The notes beneath the pieces were generated by a model. The model was not told where the DNA came from and made no database searches. It saw only the letters and a list, made by a program, of their open reading frames with translations. The translations under genes were made by a program, and so were the position numbers. From Patescibacteria group bacterium (GTDB lineage Bacteria > Patescibacteriota > Patescibacteriia > UBA1558 > GWA2-36-10): 64,000 nucleotides of DNA. Numbering within the stretch: the stretch's first letter is position 1; every line of letters starts with the position of its first letter. The stretch is from NCBI GenBank assembly GCA_018819405.1, contig JAHJQF010000001.1, forward strand, positions 449,377 through 513,376, given 5' to 3'. Of the stretch, positions 1-10,320 are shown piece after piece.

Positions 1-650
1 CTGAAAAAACAGCAGAGACTATTGCTAAAGGAGAAATAGCTCAAGAGCAAAAAATAGCTTCTTCACCATCAGTAGAGGGTAAAAAAGAAACTAAGCCAGC
101 TTCGGGTTTTGATCTTATAAAAGAGCCTGATGTCAAAAAAGCTGAGCTAGTGGAAAAATCTGTAGAAGCAAAAAAAATTCAGGATATTCCAGTAAAATTG
201 GAAGAAAAACCAAAAATATCTCTGCCAAAAGTCTCAAGACCTATGGCTCAGTCAGCCCCTAGACAACAAATAACTGATGTACAAAAATCTTCAGAAAAAA
301 ACGACAGGCCAATAGGGAGTCATGTTTTGACAGGTCCAGTCAAAGAAATAGAGTCTTTTGACTTGGTAGCTTTTAGGAGACTAGGCACTACTACCCAAGA
401 TATAGTAACCAAAATACTAGATAAGATAAATTTATTGGAACAGGATTCTTATACCAAAAAGGCTCAGGGTATCAAAGCCTGGCGCAACAGTCCTTTGTAT
501 AAATTGTATCTAGATTTGGGAGCTCAAAGTATGAGCGAAGGAGAAGAAATATCCAGTTTGATTGAGAGGCTTAAAAAAGAGGGCAAAGAAACTCTAAGCA
601 CTGAAGAATTTTCTGCTATATCTGATTTAAATCGAAAAATGAGATTTTAA
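1..650 (+). CDS. Hypothetical protein, 5' truncated by the window edge, upstream of the PrgI/VirB4 cluster
   Basis: Frame 3 is open from position 3 to the TAA at 650. Low-complexity K/E/P region followed by a globular C-terminus (LTGPVKEI...FRRLG). Confidence 0.75.
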   Translation, partial: EKTAETIAKGEIAQEQKIASSPSVEGKKETKPASGFDLIKEPDVKKAELVEKSVEAKKIQDIPVKLEEKPKISLPKVSRPMAQSAPRQQITDVQKSSEKNDRPIGSHVLTGPVKEIESFDLVAFRRLGTTTQDIVTKILDKINLLEQDSYTKKAQGIKAWRNSPLYKLYLDLGAQSMSEGEEISSLIERLKKEGKETLSTEEFSAISDLNRKMRF

Positions 651-735
651 AATAGGCAATTATAAATAAGCGGCCTAATAATAGATATAAGTAAATGTTT
701 TACAAAATTTTAATAAAAAATAAATTTTTAACTGG

Positions 736-1209
736 ATGCAGGATAGATTTATAGTGCCACAATTTATTGATGCCGAAGACAAAATCTGGGGGCCTATCAC
801 AGTCAGACAGTTTATTATAATCCTAGCCGGTGCTTTGCTGGAATTCATTGCTTATAAGTTGGCTGACTTTAGTTTATTTTTGTTTTTTACAGTAGTAAAT
901 GTAATTCTTGTTATATTATTTGCTTTTTATAAAGTCAATGGGGCTCCTTTTCATATTTTTGCTCTAAATGTAGTGTCCACCATGAAAAAACCGGCTGTCA
1001 GGATATGGAGAAAAGAATATATAAAAAGGCAAGAATTTAAGAGTAAAGAAGAGATAAAAGAACAAAAAAAAGCCAAAAACAATCAGATAGTCACTAAGAG
1101 TCTTGTACCAAATCGTAAGTTATCAGAGCTTTCTCTTATTATAGATACAGGTGGCGTCTATAAAGGTGAGAGGCAGTCAAATGATGAAAATAACGTAACT
1201 TATCGTTAA
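736..1209 (+). CDS. PrgI-family membrane protein (VirB3-like)
   Basis: FIVPQFIDAEDKIWGPITVRQF N-terminus plus two TM helices; lies before the TraC/VirB4 genes. Confidence 0.85.
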   Translation: MQDRFIVPQFIDAEDKIWGPITVRQFIIILAGALLEFIAYKLADFSLFLFFTVVNVILVILFAFYKVNGAPFHIFALNVVSTMKKPAVRIWRKEYIKRQEFKSKEEIKEQKKAKNNQIVTKSLVPNRKLSELSLIIDTGGVYKGERQSNDENNVTYR

Positions 1210-1263
1210 ATATAAATTAGCGAATTATTGTGTGTATGTTTAACAAAATAAATTTTTAAAGGG

Positions 1264-1944
1264 ATGAAAAATGAAAAGTTGGCTAGCTCAAGGCCAAAAA
1301 ATTCAACCCAGAAGTTTTTGGACATTGCTGAAATCAGAGATGATTTGGTGGTTTTAAATGATGGTAGTGTTAGGGGAGTACTACTGGTATCTTCTATAAA
1401 TTTTGACCTAAAATCTGAAGATGAACAAAAAGCCATTGTTGGTGGTTATATAAATTTTTTGAATTCTTTGGACTATCCTTTGCAGATTATTATTCAGTCA
1501 CGACCTTTAAATATTGATGATTATTTGGAGAGGTTAAAAAAGGTGGAAAGAGAGCAGACCAATGAGCTTTTGAGAATGCAGACAGCTGATTATCGGGGTT
1601 TTGTGGGCGAGCTTTTGACCTTGGAAAGAATCATGAGTAAAAAGTTTTATGTGATAGTGCCTTATAGCTCAGCCACAGACAAAAAAAGGAGCTTCTTTAG
1701 CCGATTGTCGGCCGTATTTTCTGCTGCCAAAGTGGTCAGTCTCAGTCGTAAACGTTTTGAAGAGTTTGCTGCTCAACTAAATAAACGTTGTGATTTTATT
1801 GGTGGCGGTTTATCTAGTATGGGGCTGCGCAGTCAAAGGCTCAGCACTCAGGCTCTTATTGAGCTTTATTATAATAGTTATAATCCCGATTTATTCCAAC
1901 GGGAAAAATTGGAAGATATAAATCAATTAATTGTTGAAAAATAA
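1264..1944 (+). CDS. TraC/VirB4 N-terminal-like protein
   Basis: STQKFLDIAEIRDD...SSINFDLKSEDEQ motif typical of the CPR gene preceding VirB4; its stop overlaps the next start. Confidence 0.75.
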   Translation: MKNEKLASSRPKNSTQKFLDIAEIRDDLVVLNDGSVRGVLLVSSINFDLKSEDEQKAIVGGYINFLNSLDYPLQIIIQSRPLNIDDYLERLKKVEREQTNELLRMQTADYRGFVGELLTLERIMSKKFYVIVPYSSATDKKRSFFSRLSAVFSAAKVVSLSRKRFEEFAAQLNKRCDFIGGGLSSMGLRSQRLSTQALIELYYNSYNPDLFQREKLEDINQLIVEK

Positions 1945-3848
1945 TGTTTGGCTTTAAATCAATCAAACAAGTTGAAAAAAACGCCGGCTCTGACAAAGTC
2001 GGGGAGTCTATGGTCAAACTCAAGCAATCTGAAAAAGAAAAGCTGACCAAAGAAAAAGAGCTCTTAGAAGCGGAAAAAGCTTTTAGGGAGGGCATAGTAT
2101 CTGTCCGAGATATTATTGCTCCAGCTTCTTTCAAAATCAGTAGCAATTTTTTGCAGCTCAATGATAGTTTGGTCAGGACCATGTTTGTAGTGACTTATCC
2201 GAGGTATGTTTCTATTGGTTGGTTTGCCCCGATTATCAATGAAAGTTTGACTTTGGATATTTCCATGTTTTTTTATCCTATGGATATCCAAATGGTTTTA
2301 AAACAACTCAAAAACAAAGTAGGTACCATGCAGGCTCAAATTATAGCTGATCATGAAAAAGGAGCTCCTCGTGATCCTATTTCTGAAACAGCTTTACAGG
2401 ATATTGAAGCTCTTCGTGATGGGCTGAGTCAAGGTATTGAAAAGTTTTTCCAGTTTGCTTTGTATGTGACAGTTTATGCCAAAGATAAAGAGGAGCTTGA
2501 TCTGGCTACTGATAGGATAGAAAATCTTTTGGGTATGCAGCTTATCTATTCCAAGCGGGCTTTATTTCAGGTAGAGCAGGGTTTTAATTCTACTTTACCG
2601 ATTGGTAACGATGAATTAGCGATTGCAACCAATATGAATAGCTCACCGATTGCCTCGTCTTTTCCTTTTGTTTCATCAGAGCTTACTTCAGATGAAGGTA
2701 TTTTATATGGTATCAATAGACATAATAATAGTTTGATATTATTTGACCGTTTTAGTCTGCAAAATGCCAATATGGTAGTGTTTGCTACATCCGGAGCGGG
2801 AAAGAGTTATGCCATTAAACTAGAAGTTTTGAGGTCAATGATGCTTGGTACAGATGTGATTATTATTGATCCTGAAAATGAGTATCAGCATTTGGCAGAG
2901 GCAGTAGGCGGTGCTTATATTAATGTATCTCTTAACTCTGAGAGTAAATTAAATCCTTTTGATTTGCCGCTAGGTATTGGTGGCGAGAGTAAGCCGGAAG
3001 ATATCTTAAGAAGCGCTGTCATTACCCTAAAAGGCTTGATCAGGCTTATGATTGGTGATGTTACAAATGTTGAAGATTCTCTTTTGGATAGAGCCTTGAT
3101 TGAAACTTATGCTAAAAAAGATATTTCTCCAGCCAGTGATTTGTCCAAAATAGAGCCACCTCTCATGTCTGATTTGGAGGAAGTACTTTTGAGTATGGAG
3201 GGTGGCGAGGATATGGCCTTAAGAATCAAAAAATATACTGAAGGCACTTTTTCGGGCTTATTTAATAGTCCGACCAATGTCAAAGTAGACAACCAGCTGA
3301 TAGTATTTTGTATTCGTGATTTGGAAGATGAGCTTAGACCAATAGCTATGTATACTATCATGACTTATATTTGGAATATTATCAGAAGCGAACTAAAACG
3401 TCGTATATTGGTAGTAGATGAAGCCTGGATTATGATGAGACATGAAGATAGTGCCAAATTTATGTACGCTTTGGTAAAACGTTGTAGAAAATATTATCTA
3501 GGAGTCACCACCATTACCCAGGACGTCAATGACTTTTTGACTAGTACCTATGGTAATGCGATTGTGACCAACTGTGCTCTCCAGCTTTTACTAAAGCAGA
3601 CACCAGCGGCTGTCAATCTCATCCAAAAGACTTTTATGTTGACCGAAGGTGAAAAATACCTTTTGCTGGAATCAGGTCTGGGAGAGGGGATTTTCTTTGC
3701 CGGTTCAAAGCACGCGGCTATAAAGGTACAGGCATCCTATGCCGAACATCAGATTATTACTTCAGATCCAAGACAGCTACTAGAAATAGAAGAGGCCAAA
3801 AAGGAATTTGAAGAGCAAATGCTTTTGGAAGCTGAGGGTAAGCTCTAG
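1944..3848 (+). CDS. virB4: VirB4-like type IV secretion ATPase
   Basis: Walker A ATSGAGKS, IIDPENEY, Walker B ILVVDEAW, RKYY..TTITQDV. Confidence 0.9.
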   Translation: MFGFKSIKQVEKNAGSDKVGESMVKLKQSEKEKLTKEKELLEAEKAFREGIVSVRDIIAPASFKISSNFLQLNDSLVRTMFVVTYPRYVSIGWFAPIINESLTLDISMFFYPMDIQMVLKQLKNKVGTMQAQIIADHEKGAPRDPISETALQDIEALRDGLSQGIEKFFQFALYVTVYAKDKEELDLATDRIENLLGMQLIYSKRALFQVEQGFNSTLPIGNDELAIATNMNSSPIASSFPFVSSELTSDEGILYGINRHNNSLILFDRFSLQNANMVVFATSGAGKSYAIKLEVLRSMMLGTDVIIIDPENEYQHLAEAVGGAYINVSLNSESKLNPFDLPLGIGGESKPEDILRSAVITLKGLIRLMIGDVTNVEDSLLDRALIETYAKKDISPASDLSKIEPPLMSDLEEVLLSMEGGEDMALRIKKYTEGTFSGLFNSPTNVKVDNQLIVFCIRDLEDELRPIAMYTIMTYIWNIIRSELKRRILVVDEAWIMMRHEDSAKFMYALVKRCRKYYLGVTTITQDVNDFLTSTYGNAIVTNCALQLLLKQTPAAVNLIQKTFMLTEGEKYLLLESGLGEGIFFAGSKHAAIKVQASYAEHQIITSDPRQLLEIEEAKKEFEEQMLLEAEGKL

Positions 3849-3863
3849 TTTATTTGTAATTTA

Positions 3864-4005
3864 ATTTACCCTGTTAAATAAATTCAATTGCTAGATTCAT
3901 TATATAGCGGGGTATAAGTATAGAAATTCCAGGTAAAATTTTAAATAATATAATTAATTGAATTTAAAATTTAAGATGACTTAAATTTTATTTAACAGGG
4001 TAAAT
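3864..4005. repeat. Inverted-repeat element, copy A (MITE/REP-like)
   Basis: Perfect 19-bp terminal IR atttaccctgttaaataaa (3864-3882) / tttatttaacagggtaaat (3987-4005); inner hairpin aaaatttaag-atga-cttaaatttt. Confidence 0.85.
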
Positions 4006-4008
4006 ACT

Positions 4009-4569
4009 ATGGAAGAAAGTAAAAAGAAAAAAATAATTTGGGCAGTTGTCATTATTCTTATATTACTGATTGCTTTTTTATTCTGGATATTGAGAACTAG
4101 TGACCAAAAACCGCCAATTCAAAATACTAATGAAGAGCCGCCTATTATTTTTACTCCGCCTAGTGCCAATTTTACTTATCAGGAGCCGACAGTTCCCAAG
4201 CAGACAAATCTAGAGTTTGATGCTGCTAATTTGGCCAAGATTTATGCCGAACGTTTTGGTACTTGGTCAACTGACAATCCGGGACACAACTTGGAAGAGC
4301 TAATGCCGCTCAGTAGCAATACTATGAAAAATTATCTTAGCGGTATAAATACAGATATGTCAGCCGATCAATTTAGTGGTATTACTACCAAAGCAATTTC
4401 TTATGAAATATTGGATATAGATGATACTAGCGCTAATATTAGGGTCTCTTGTCAGAGGATAAAGACCGAGGCGGATTTATCAGAAAATGTTTTTTATCAA
4501 GATATTGAAATAAGTATGACTAGATCGGCTAATCAGTGGTTGGTCACCAGTGCTTTTTGGCAAGAATAA
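4009..4569 (+). CDS. Single-TM protein with a VirB8/NTF2-like C-terminal domain (putative)
   Basis: N-terminal TM, Pro-rich linker, AKIYAERFGTWS motif, terminal WLV strand; T4SS-like context. Confidence 0.55.
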   Translation: MEESKKKKIIWAVVIILILLIAFLFWILRTSDQKPPIQNTNEEPPIIFTPPSANFTYQEPTVPKQTNLEFDAANLAKIYAERFGTWSTDNPGHNLEELMPLSSNTMKNYLSGINTDMSADQFSGITTKAISYEILDIDDTSANIRVSCQRIKTEADLSENVFYQDIEISMTRSANQWLVTSAFWQE

Positions 4570-4584
4570 TAATATAAAATAAAA

Positions 4585-5076
4585 ATGGCGGAAGTTTTAG
4601 ATGCACCATACACACCCGAGCTTGATGAGGAGCTAGAAGAAAATATAGCTGGCTCAAATGTTGGTGCTCGCCAAGATATTACTAGGCGTCAATTTGAGCA
4701 AGCTAAAAAACAAGCTATAAAAAAATCAGAGCAGGTCGCTGAAAGACAGTTTGCAAGATTAGCTGCTAAGACAAGTACCAAAGTCATACTGCGTATTTTA
4801 AATGGCGCATTTGCCGTAACAGTGGTGGGTATAATAGTGACCTATCTTATAATGACATTCCAATTTATAGCTGGTAATTGGTTGGGCAATGAGTCTGTAA
4901 AATTAGATTCATGGGAAGTAATCATCTGGGGATTTTTAACTTTATTTTTGATAGTACTTTTGATTGGTATTTTCATATTATTTATAATTTTAATAGCTAT
5001 AGCACTTGAACCAGTGGCGGCAATATCTGCTTTAGGGTTGCAAGTATTTGAGACATTAAGAGGCATTATTCCTTAA
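4585..5076 (+). CDS. Hypothetical membrane protein
   Basis: ORF with two hydrophobic segments, in operon. Confidence 0.7.
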   Translation: MAEVLDAPYTPELDEELEENIAGSNVGARQDITRRQFEQAKKQAIKKSEQVAERQFARLAAKTSTKVILRILNGAFAVTVVGIIVTYLIMTFQFIAGNWLGNESVKLDSWEVIIWGFLTLFLIVLLIGIFILFIILIAIALEPVAAISALGLQVFETLRGIIP

Positions 5077-5087
5077 ATAAACCTTAT

Positions 5088-6320
5088 ATGAATATCAAAA
5101 AAATATTAATAGTAATAGGATTTTTCCTTTTTGTCTTGGGAATTGGCTTTGCTTTGTATTGGGTATTTTTTAGGACAGCGCCTAGTATACAGCAACCCAA
5201 TGACAATCAGGCTATAGGAAATTTACCTTTTATAGGCAATGGCAACTTGAATGTTGTAAATACCAATGGCAACACCAATGGCAACATCAATATTTTGCCT
5301 TGGCAGCCTTATGTCACTGATAAAGTTTCTGAAGTAGCCAATGGCGGTTTGACAGTGGTAAATAAAATAACAGAAGCTGAAGCAAGTGGGGTGTTTACCG
5401 GTCAAAATGGTGTACAATTTTATGACAGTAATAGTCAAAAATTTTATCGTTTGGATGAAAATGGAAACATGGTAGAGCTAAGCGACGAAAAGTTTTTTCA
5501 GGTAGACAATGTCACTTGGGATAGAAACGGGGGTAAAGCAATACTAGAGTATCCTGATGGTTCAAATATTTTGTACAATTTTACTAGCGGTCAGCAGATA
5601 ACTTTGCCAGCGGAAATGGAAAATTTTTCTTTTAATAGTAATGGTAATCAAATAGCCGCAAAATGGATAGGACCTACCGATGAAGACAATTGGCTGGTAG
5701 CGGCCAATGATGACGGCTCGGGCATGTTTTTGATAGAACCTTTGGGCGACCAAAGCTATGCCACTAGTGTGGGATTTTCACCTGATAATCAGGTAGCGGT
5801 GCTTCATACCAAATATGTTGATGCCGAGCGCCAGGAGGTCTATCCAATAGGTCTAAATGGAGAGAATTTTAAGTCTTTCAAGGTCAATGGAGCTGGTTTT
5901 AATTATGAATGGTCACCGGAAGGTAGCTCTATGCTTTATAGTGTTTATAATCAGGATACAAACTACAATCCAAACCTGTGGGTGACTAAAGGTAATACCA
6001 GTGAGCTTGGTGATATCAAAGTGTCCCTCAATATTGCCACTTGGCCAGACAAATGTACTTTTGTCGGAGAAAATGGTTTGTATTGTGCAGTACCACAGGG
6101 CTTGCCTAGAGGAGCTGGTTTTTATCCAGAAGTAGCTGATCGTTATCCTGACAATTTTTATTATATTGATTTGAATTCTGGTAGTAAGACACTGGTGGCT
6201 AGCCCAGTCGGTGATAGTGGTAGCTACAATGCCTATAATCTCGCCTTATCTCCTGACGGCAGTATTTTGTATTTTACAGACTCTAGCACAGGGGCTTTAC
6301 AAAGTATTAGAATTAGATAA
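5088..6320 (+). CDS. Membrane-anchored beta-propeller (TolB/PD40-like) protein
   Basis: N-terminal TM; repeated blade motifs WDRNG, FSPDN, WSPEG, LSPDG. Confidence 0.75.
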   Translation: MNIKKILIVIGFFLFVLGIGFALYWVFFRTAPSIQQPNDNQAIGNLPFIGNGNLNVVNTNGNTNGNINILPWQPYVTDKVSEVANGGLTVVNKITEAEASGVFTGQNGVQFYDSNSQKFYRLDENGNMVELSDEKFFQVDNVTWDRNGGKAILEYPDGSNILYNFTSGQQITLPAEMENFSFNSNGNQIAAKWIGPTDEDNWLVAANDDGSGMFLIEPLGDQSYATSVGFSPDNQVAVLHTKYVDAERQEVYPIGLNGENFKSFKVNGAGFNYEWSPEGSSMLYSVYNQDTNYNPNLWVTKGNTSELGDIKVSLNIATWPDKCTFVGENGLYCAVPQGLPRGAGFYPEVADRYPDNFYYIDLNSGSKTLVASPVGDSGSYNAYNLALSPDGSILYFTDSSTGALQSIRIR

Positions 6321-6340
6321 AATAAAATGGTAATAATAAC

Positions 6341-6391
6341 TAATTGAATTTAAAATTTAAGATGACTTAAATTTTATTTAATAGGATAAAT
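6341..6391. repeat. Right half of the inverted-repeat element (copy B)
   Basis: 6341-6381 is identical over 41 bp to 3955-3995, followed by a degenerate right IR. Confidence 0.8.
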
Positions 6392-6397
6392 AAAATC

Positions 6398-7426
6398 ATG
6401 AAGGGTAAAATTTTTTTTAAACTAATACTAGTGGCTGTGCTCTTTTGGGCTATTTTTTCAGCAGCTGGAGTCTATGCGTTTCCCGAAGAATTACCGGAAC
6501 CAGATATATTTGGGGATAAAAAAGTTTGGTTTGTACCAAATGTTAGGATTCCTGGTACTGATTTTGATGGTCTGGTACCGGTAAAAGCCGACGGGGCATT
6601 AATAGGTCGTTATGTAGTAGCTATTTATACTTATGGGGCAGGATTTGCTGGAATTGTGGCTATGTTTATGCTGGTTTTGGCTGGTTGGAAGTGGCTGATG
6701 GCAGCTGGTAATTCCCAAAAAATAACTTCAGCCAAAGAAATGATAAATGGGGTTTTGGTTGGCTTGGCACTTTTGTTTGGTGGACAACTCTTACTTTCAC
6801 AGATAAGTAAAGATTTGGTAGTTTTCCAGGAACTTAGTTTACCAGCGATTACTTCTATCAAAGAGGATGCTGCTCAATGCCAAGACGGTTTTGCTAAAAG
6901 AGCAGAAGAAGGTATTTATAGTTATTGTGGTAGTAGTTTTGTAACTACTAGCGCAGTCTATACCGGTCGAGAGATAACCTGTATTGATACTAGGTGTCCG
7001 GAAGATCAAATATGTGTCAGCACAAAAGGTAAAGGGCTATGTCCAGATTCGGTACCATATATATCCTCTAATGTACAATGTGGTTGTGTATCAAGTCTTT
7101 GCAGTGATATGTATTTTGGTCCGAACGACTGGCCATTGGCTTGTGGTTATTACATAACTCCCGAATTTTGTGAACAAAATTATTGCTTTGGTCAAGCTAC
7201 AAAAGAGGATTCAGATCCTATGAGCGCTGTATGTATACTCAAAGATGATAACAAGTGCAAGCCCCTGAGTGAGCAAACTTGTGACACAACTGCAGATTGT
7301 ATACTAGCTAATAATCCTGATACTAGGGGGTGGTGCTGTGAGGACGTCCCGGGAATCTTGGGACGGGATAAATGTAGTCCAATAGGCGGTCCAGATGGTA
7401 TAGATTCTGAAAAATGTAAAAATTAA
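6398..7426 (+). CDS. TrbC/VirB2-like (CPR T4SS-type) pilin with Cys-rich C-terminal extension
   Basis: Two TM helices with AG..W..AAGN..KI..AK..I...LVGL motif, then a long Cys-rich tail. Confidence 0.8.
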   Translation: MKGKIFFKLILVAVLFWAIFSAAGVYAFPEELPEPDIFGDKKVWFVPNVRIPGTDFDGLVPVKADGALIGRYVVAIYTYGAGFAGIVAMFMLVLAGWKWLMAAGNSQKITSAKEMINGVLVGLALLFGGQLLLSQISKDLVVFQELSLPAITSIKEDAAQCQDGFAKRAEEGIYSYCGSSFVTTSAVYTGREITCIDTRCPEDQICVSTKGKGLCPDSVPYISSNVQCGCVSSLCSDMYFGPNDWPLACGYYITPEFCEQNYCFGQATKEDSDPMSAVCILKDDNKCKPLSEQTCDTTADCILANNPDTRGWCCEDVPGILGRDKCSPIGGPDGIDSEKCKN

Positions 7427-7458
7427 ATTAGTCTAAGTGAGTTTTGTTTTTTAGAAAC

Positions 7459-7488
7459 ACAACCTTCGAGGTTAACCTCGAAGGTTGT
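7459..7488. repeat. REP doublet (perfect 30-bp palindrome)
   Basis: ac-aaccttcgaggtt-aacctcgaaggtt-gt; single units also at 7549-7561, 7803-7815 and 8161-8173. Confidence 0.9.
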
Positions 7489-7593
7489 TTGACAACTATA
7501 TTATTTTATATTAAGCTAAAATTGTTTTGAAGAAAAGCGATTTTATCCAACCTCGGAGGTTAGATAAGGTCGTATTAACCTTATTTTTTATTT

Positions 7594-8175
7594 ATGCCTA
7601 ACAAACCGAGGGATATTTATCCAAATAATTATTATCATATTTATAATCGGGCGGTTGAGAAGAGGACGATATTTTATACAGAAAAGGATTACGAATATTT
7701 TATTGAAAAAGTCGCTTTTTATAGAGATAAAACAGGAATAAAAATTTTGGCTTATTGCGTATTGCCGAATCATTTTCATTTTTTACTTAAAGAGCCAAAA
7801 TCAACCTCGGAGGTTAAAATTACAGCAATTGCTAGATTTATTTCTCTTTTGTCTAACTCTTATACTAAATATTTTAATTTAAATAAAGAACATTCGGGCA
7901 GGGTATTTCAAGGGCCGTATAAATCAAAGCTAGTAGATGATGATGATTATTTAAATGTTTTGTTGTCTTATATAAATTTGAATCCTTTAAAGCATAAGAT
8001 GGTTACTAGAATTCAAGATTGGTATTATACCTCTCACCATAATTATATTGGTCAAGCAAAAAATAATCTTATTTACCATGATTACTTAGTTGATTTTAAA
8101 GAATATAAAAAAATAACAAATTCTTACAAAAAGGCATTTTCAAAAATAGATGATGAATTTAACCTCGAAGGTTAA
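7594..8175 (+). mobile_element. REP-associated tyrosine (HUH/Y1) transposase, RAYT/IS200-like
   Basis: YYHIYNR, AYCVLPNHFHFLL (HUH), GRVFQGPYKS, YINLNP (catalytic Tyr); flanked by REP palindromes. Confidence 0.92.
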
Positions 8176-8177
8176 AA

Positions 8178-10253
8178 TTATTCCAGATGAGTTTCGCTTT
8201 TTAGCTCAGCGATTATATTTTGTAGGTTGTTTTGACTAGAATATTTTTTGTTGACCAGCATATCCTGGGCCCATTTTTGGGCCTTTTTGATTAAGTCAGC
8301 ATCAGACAGTTTGGCTATTTTTAATTTTATCAGACCGGTTTGTTTGGTACCAAAGACATCGCCGGCCCCACGTAGCTCTAGATCTAGCTCGGCCAGCTTG
8401 AATCCATCGTTGGTCTTGGTCAAGGCGCTTAGCCTTTTTTTACTGACAGTTGATTCTTGGTCGCTAAATAAAAGACAAAAGCTTTCCAGGTCGTTGCGAC
8501 CTATCCTACCACGAAATTGATGGAGCTGACTGAGGCCAAATCTTTCGGCACTTTCTATAATCATCATAGTGGCATTTGGTATATCAACTCCTACTTCAAT
8601 CACAGAAGTAGCTACTAGTATGGGGAATTTATTATCTTTAAAATCCCTCATTATTTTTTCTTTTTCTGCGCTTTTGAGCTTGCCGTGTAGCATTCGTATT
8701 TCCAAATCAGTAAATATTTTATCGTTTAGTTTTTCATATTCTGCTTTGACAGATTTTGAGCCTAGCTTATCGCTCTCATCAATCAAGGGGCAGATGACAA
8801 AAGCTTGCTGACCTTCGGCTATTTTTTCTTTGATAAATTTGTAAGCGCCCAGTCTTTTTTTCTCTGGCACTACAAAAGTTTTGATCGGTTGCCGGCCGGC
8901 CGGCTTTTCTTTGATAATAGAAATATCTAAATCTCCATAAAGACTGAGAGTCAGAGTACGAGGGATGGGGGTAGCGGTCATAGATAAAAGATGAGGTACT
9001 CTATCATCAGGATTTTTTTCTTTGAGAGTTTTTCTTTGTTTTACTCCAAAGCGATGCTGTTCGTCTATAGTGACTAGGGCTAAATTGCAAAAATTTATTT
9101 TTTCTTGAATAAGGGCATGAGTGCCAATTACAAATTTGACCGTGCCTCTTTTGATTTTGGCTAGAAGTTCTTTTTTACTTATTTCTTTGTCAGCCAGCAG
9201 AGTCTGGGATCTAGTCAGCAGAGCCAGTTGGGTGTGAAATTTTTGAGACAGTATTTTTTTGGCACTCTCAAAGTGCTGGGCAGCCAGTATCTCAGTCGGA
9301 GCCATCAAAGCACTCTGCAAGCCATAGCTGGCGACATTGAGAGCCGACAAAAAGGCCAATACAGTCTTACCAGAGCCTACGTCGCCTTCAATAAGGCGAT
9401 TCATAGGGTGTTTTTGAGCTAAGTCGGATAAGATGTCATACAAGGCTTTTTGTTGATCTACAGTCAGTTTAAAAGGCAGATTTTTGATAGTTTGATTGAC
9501 TGTTTTGTCATTTAAAGGTATGGGGTAGCTAGCCTGTTTTTGGTAGTCTTGTTTGGCTAGTTGGTATTTCATCTGTAGATAGAGGAGCTCCTGGAATTTT
9601 AGTCTTTGACTGGCGTTGTTCAAAGACTTGTCGTCCTTGGGAAAGTGGATTTCTCGGAGAGCATCATAGAGCCAAGGGTATTTTTCTTTGTTGAGTATTT
9701 CAACAGGCAATGGATCATCAATCTCTTTGATGTCTTCTAGAGATTTTTTGATCAAAAAGCGTAGCTGCTTTTGGGATATGTCACCGCTTAGATGATATAT
9801 TGGGACTAGTCGGGCACTATGAATTGGCTCGTCTTTTAGTTTTTCATATGTTGGACTGACGAGTTGCAATAATAAGCCATTTTTTTGAACTTTACCGCTT
9901 AAATATACCCAATCGTCTTTTTTTAATATTTGAGCCACGAATTTTTGGCCAAACCAAACAGCTTTGATATCACCGCTATCATCACTGGCCAGTATTTCAG
10001 TAATTATCATTTTTTTGCGCCAGGAGCGGTAGCTTTTGATGGTTTTTATTTTTACCAGGATCATGGCATTTTGATCAACAGTTAGTTCGGACACTTTGCT
10101 AATTTGGCTCAAGTCTTGATAGCGATAGGGGAAATACCAAAGCAAATCAGAGATATTTTCAACTCCAATTTTTTTGAAGCTACTAGACAACTTGGCTGCT
10201 ATAGCGTGCAGGTTGGAAATATTAGTCTTCAAGTTGATTTTTGCTTTTTCCAT
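8178..10253 (-). CDS. recG: ATP-dependent DNA helicase RecG
   Basis: MNRLIEGDVGSGKT, DEQHRFG, MTATPIPRT, AERFGLSQLHQFRGRIGR. Confidence 0.97.
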   Translation of the reverse strand: MEKAKINLKTNISNLHAIAAKLSSSFKKIGVENISDLLWYFPYRYQDLSQISKVSELTVDQNAMILVKIKTIKSYRSWRKKMIITEILASDDSGDIKAVWFGQKFVAQILKKDDWVYLSGKVQKNGLLLQLVSPTYEKLKDEPIHSARLVPIYHLSGDISQKQLRFLIKKSLEDIKEIDDPLPVEILNKEKYPWLYDALREIHFPKDDKSLNNASQRLKFQELLYLQMKYQLAKQDYQKQASYPIPLNDKTVNQTIKNLPFKLTVDQQKALYDILSDLAQKHPMNRLIEGDVGSGKTVLAFLSALNVASYGLQSALMAPTEILAAQHFESAKKILSQKFHTQLALLTRSQTLLADKEISKKELLAKIKRGTVKFVIGTHALIQEKINFCNLALVTIDEQHRFGVKQRKTLKEKNPDDRVPHLLSMTATPIPRTLTLSLYGDLDISIIKEKPAGRQPIKTFVVPEKKRLGAYKFIKEKIAEGQQAFVICPLIDESDKLGSKSVKAEYEKLNDKIFTDLEIRMLHGKLKSAEKEKIMRDFKDNKFPILVATSVIEVGVDIPNATMMIIESAERFGLSQLHQFRGRIGRNDLESFCLLFSDQESTVSKKRLSALTKTNDGFKLAELDLELRGAGDVFGTKQTGLIKLKIAKLSDADLIKKAQKWAQDMLVNKKYSSQNNLQNIIAELKSETHLE

Positions 10254-10320
10254 GATATTTAGTTTTAATAAGCTGAACTTTGACAGTCCAGCTTATTGGT
10301 AAAAATTTTGTAAAATATTT

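Noticed and set aside
7459-8173. Short palindromic repeats as a CRISPR array
   Set aside because: 13-bp units, irregular spacing, no cas genes; explained as REPs.
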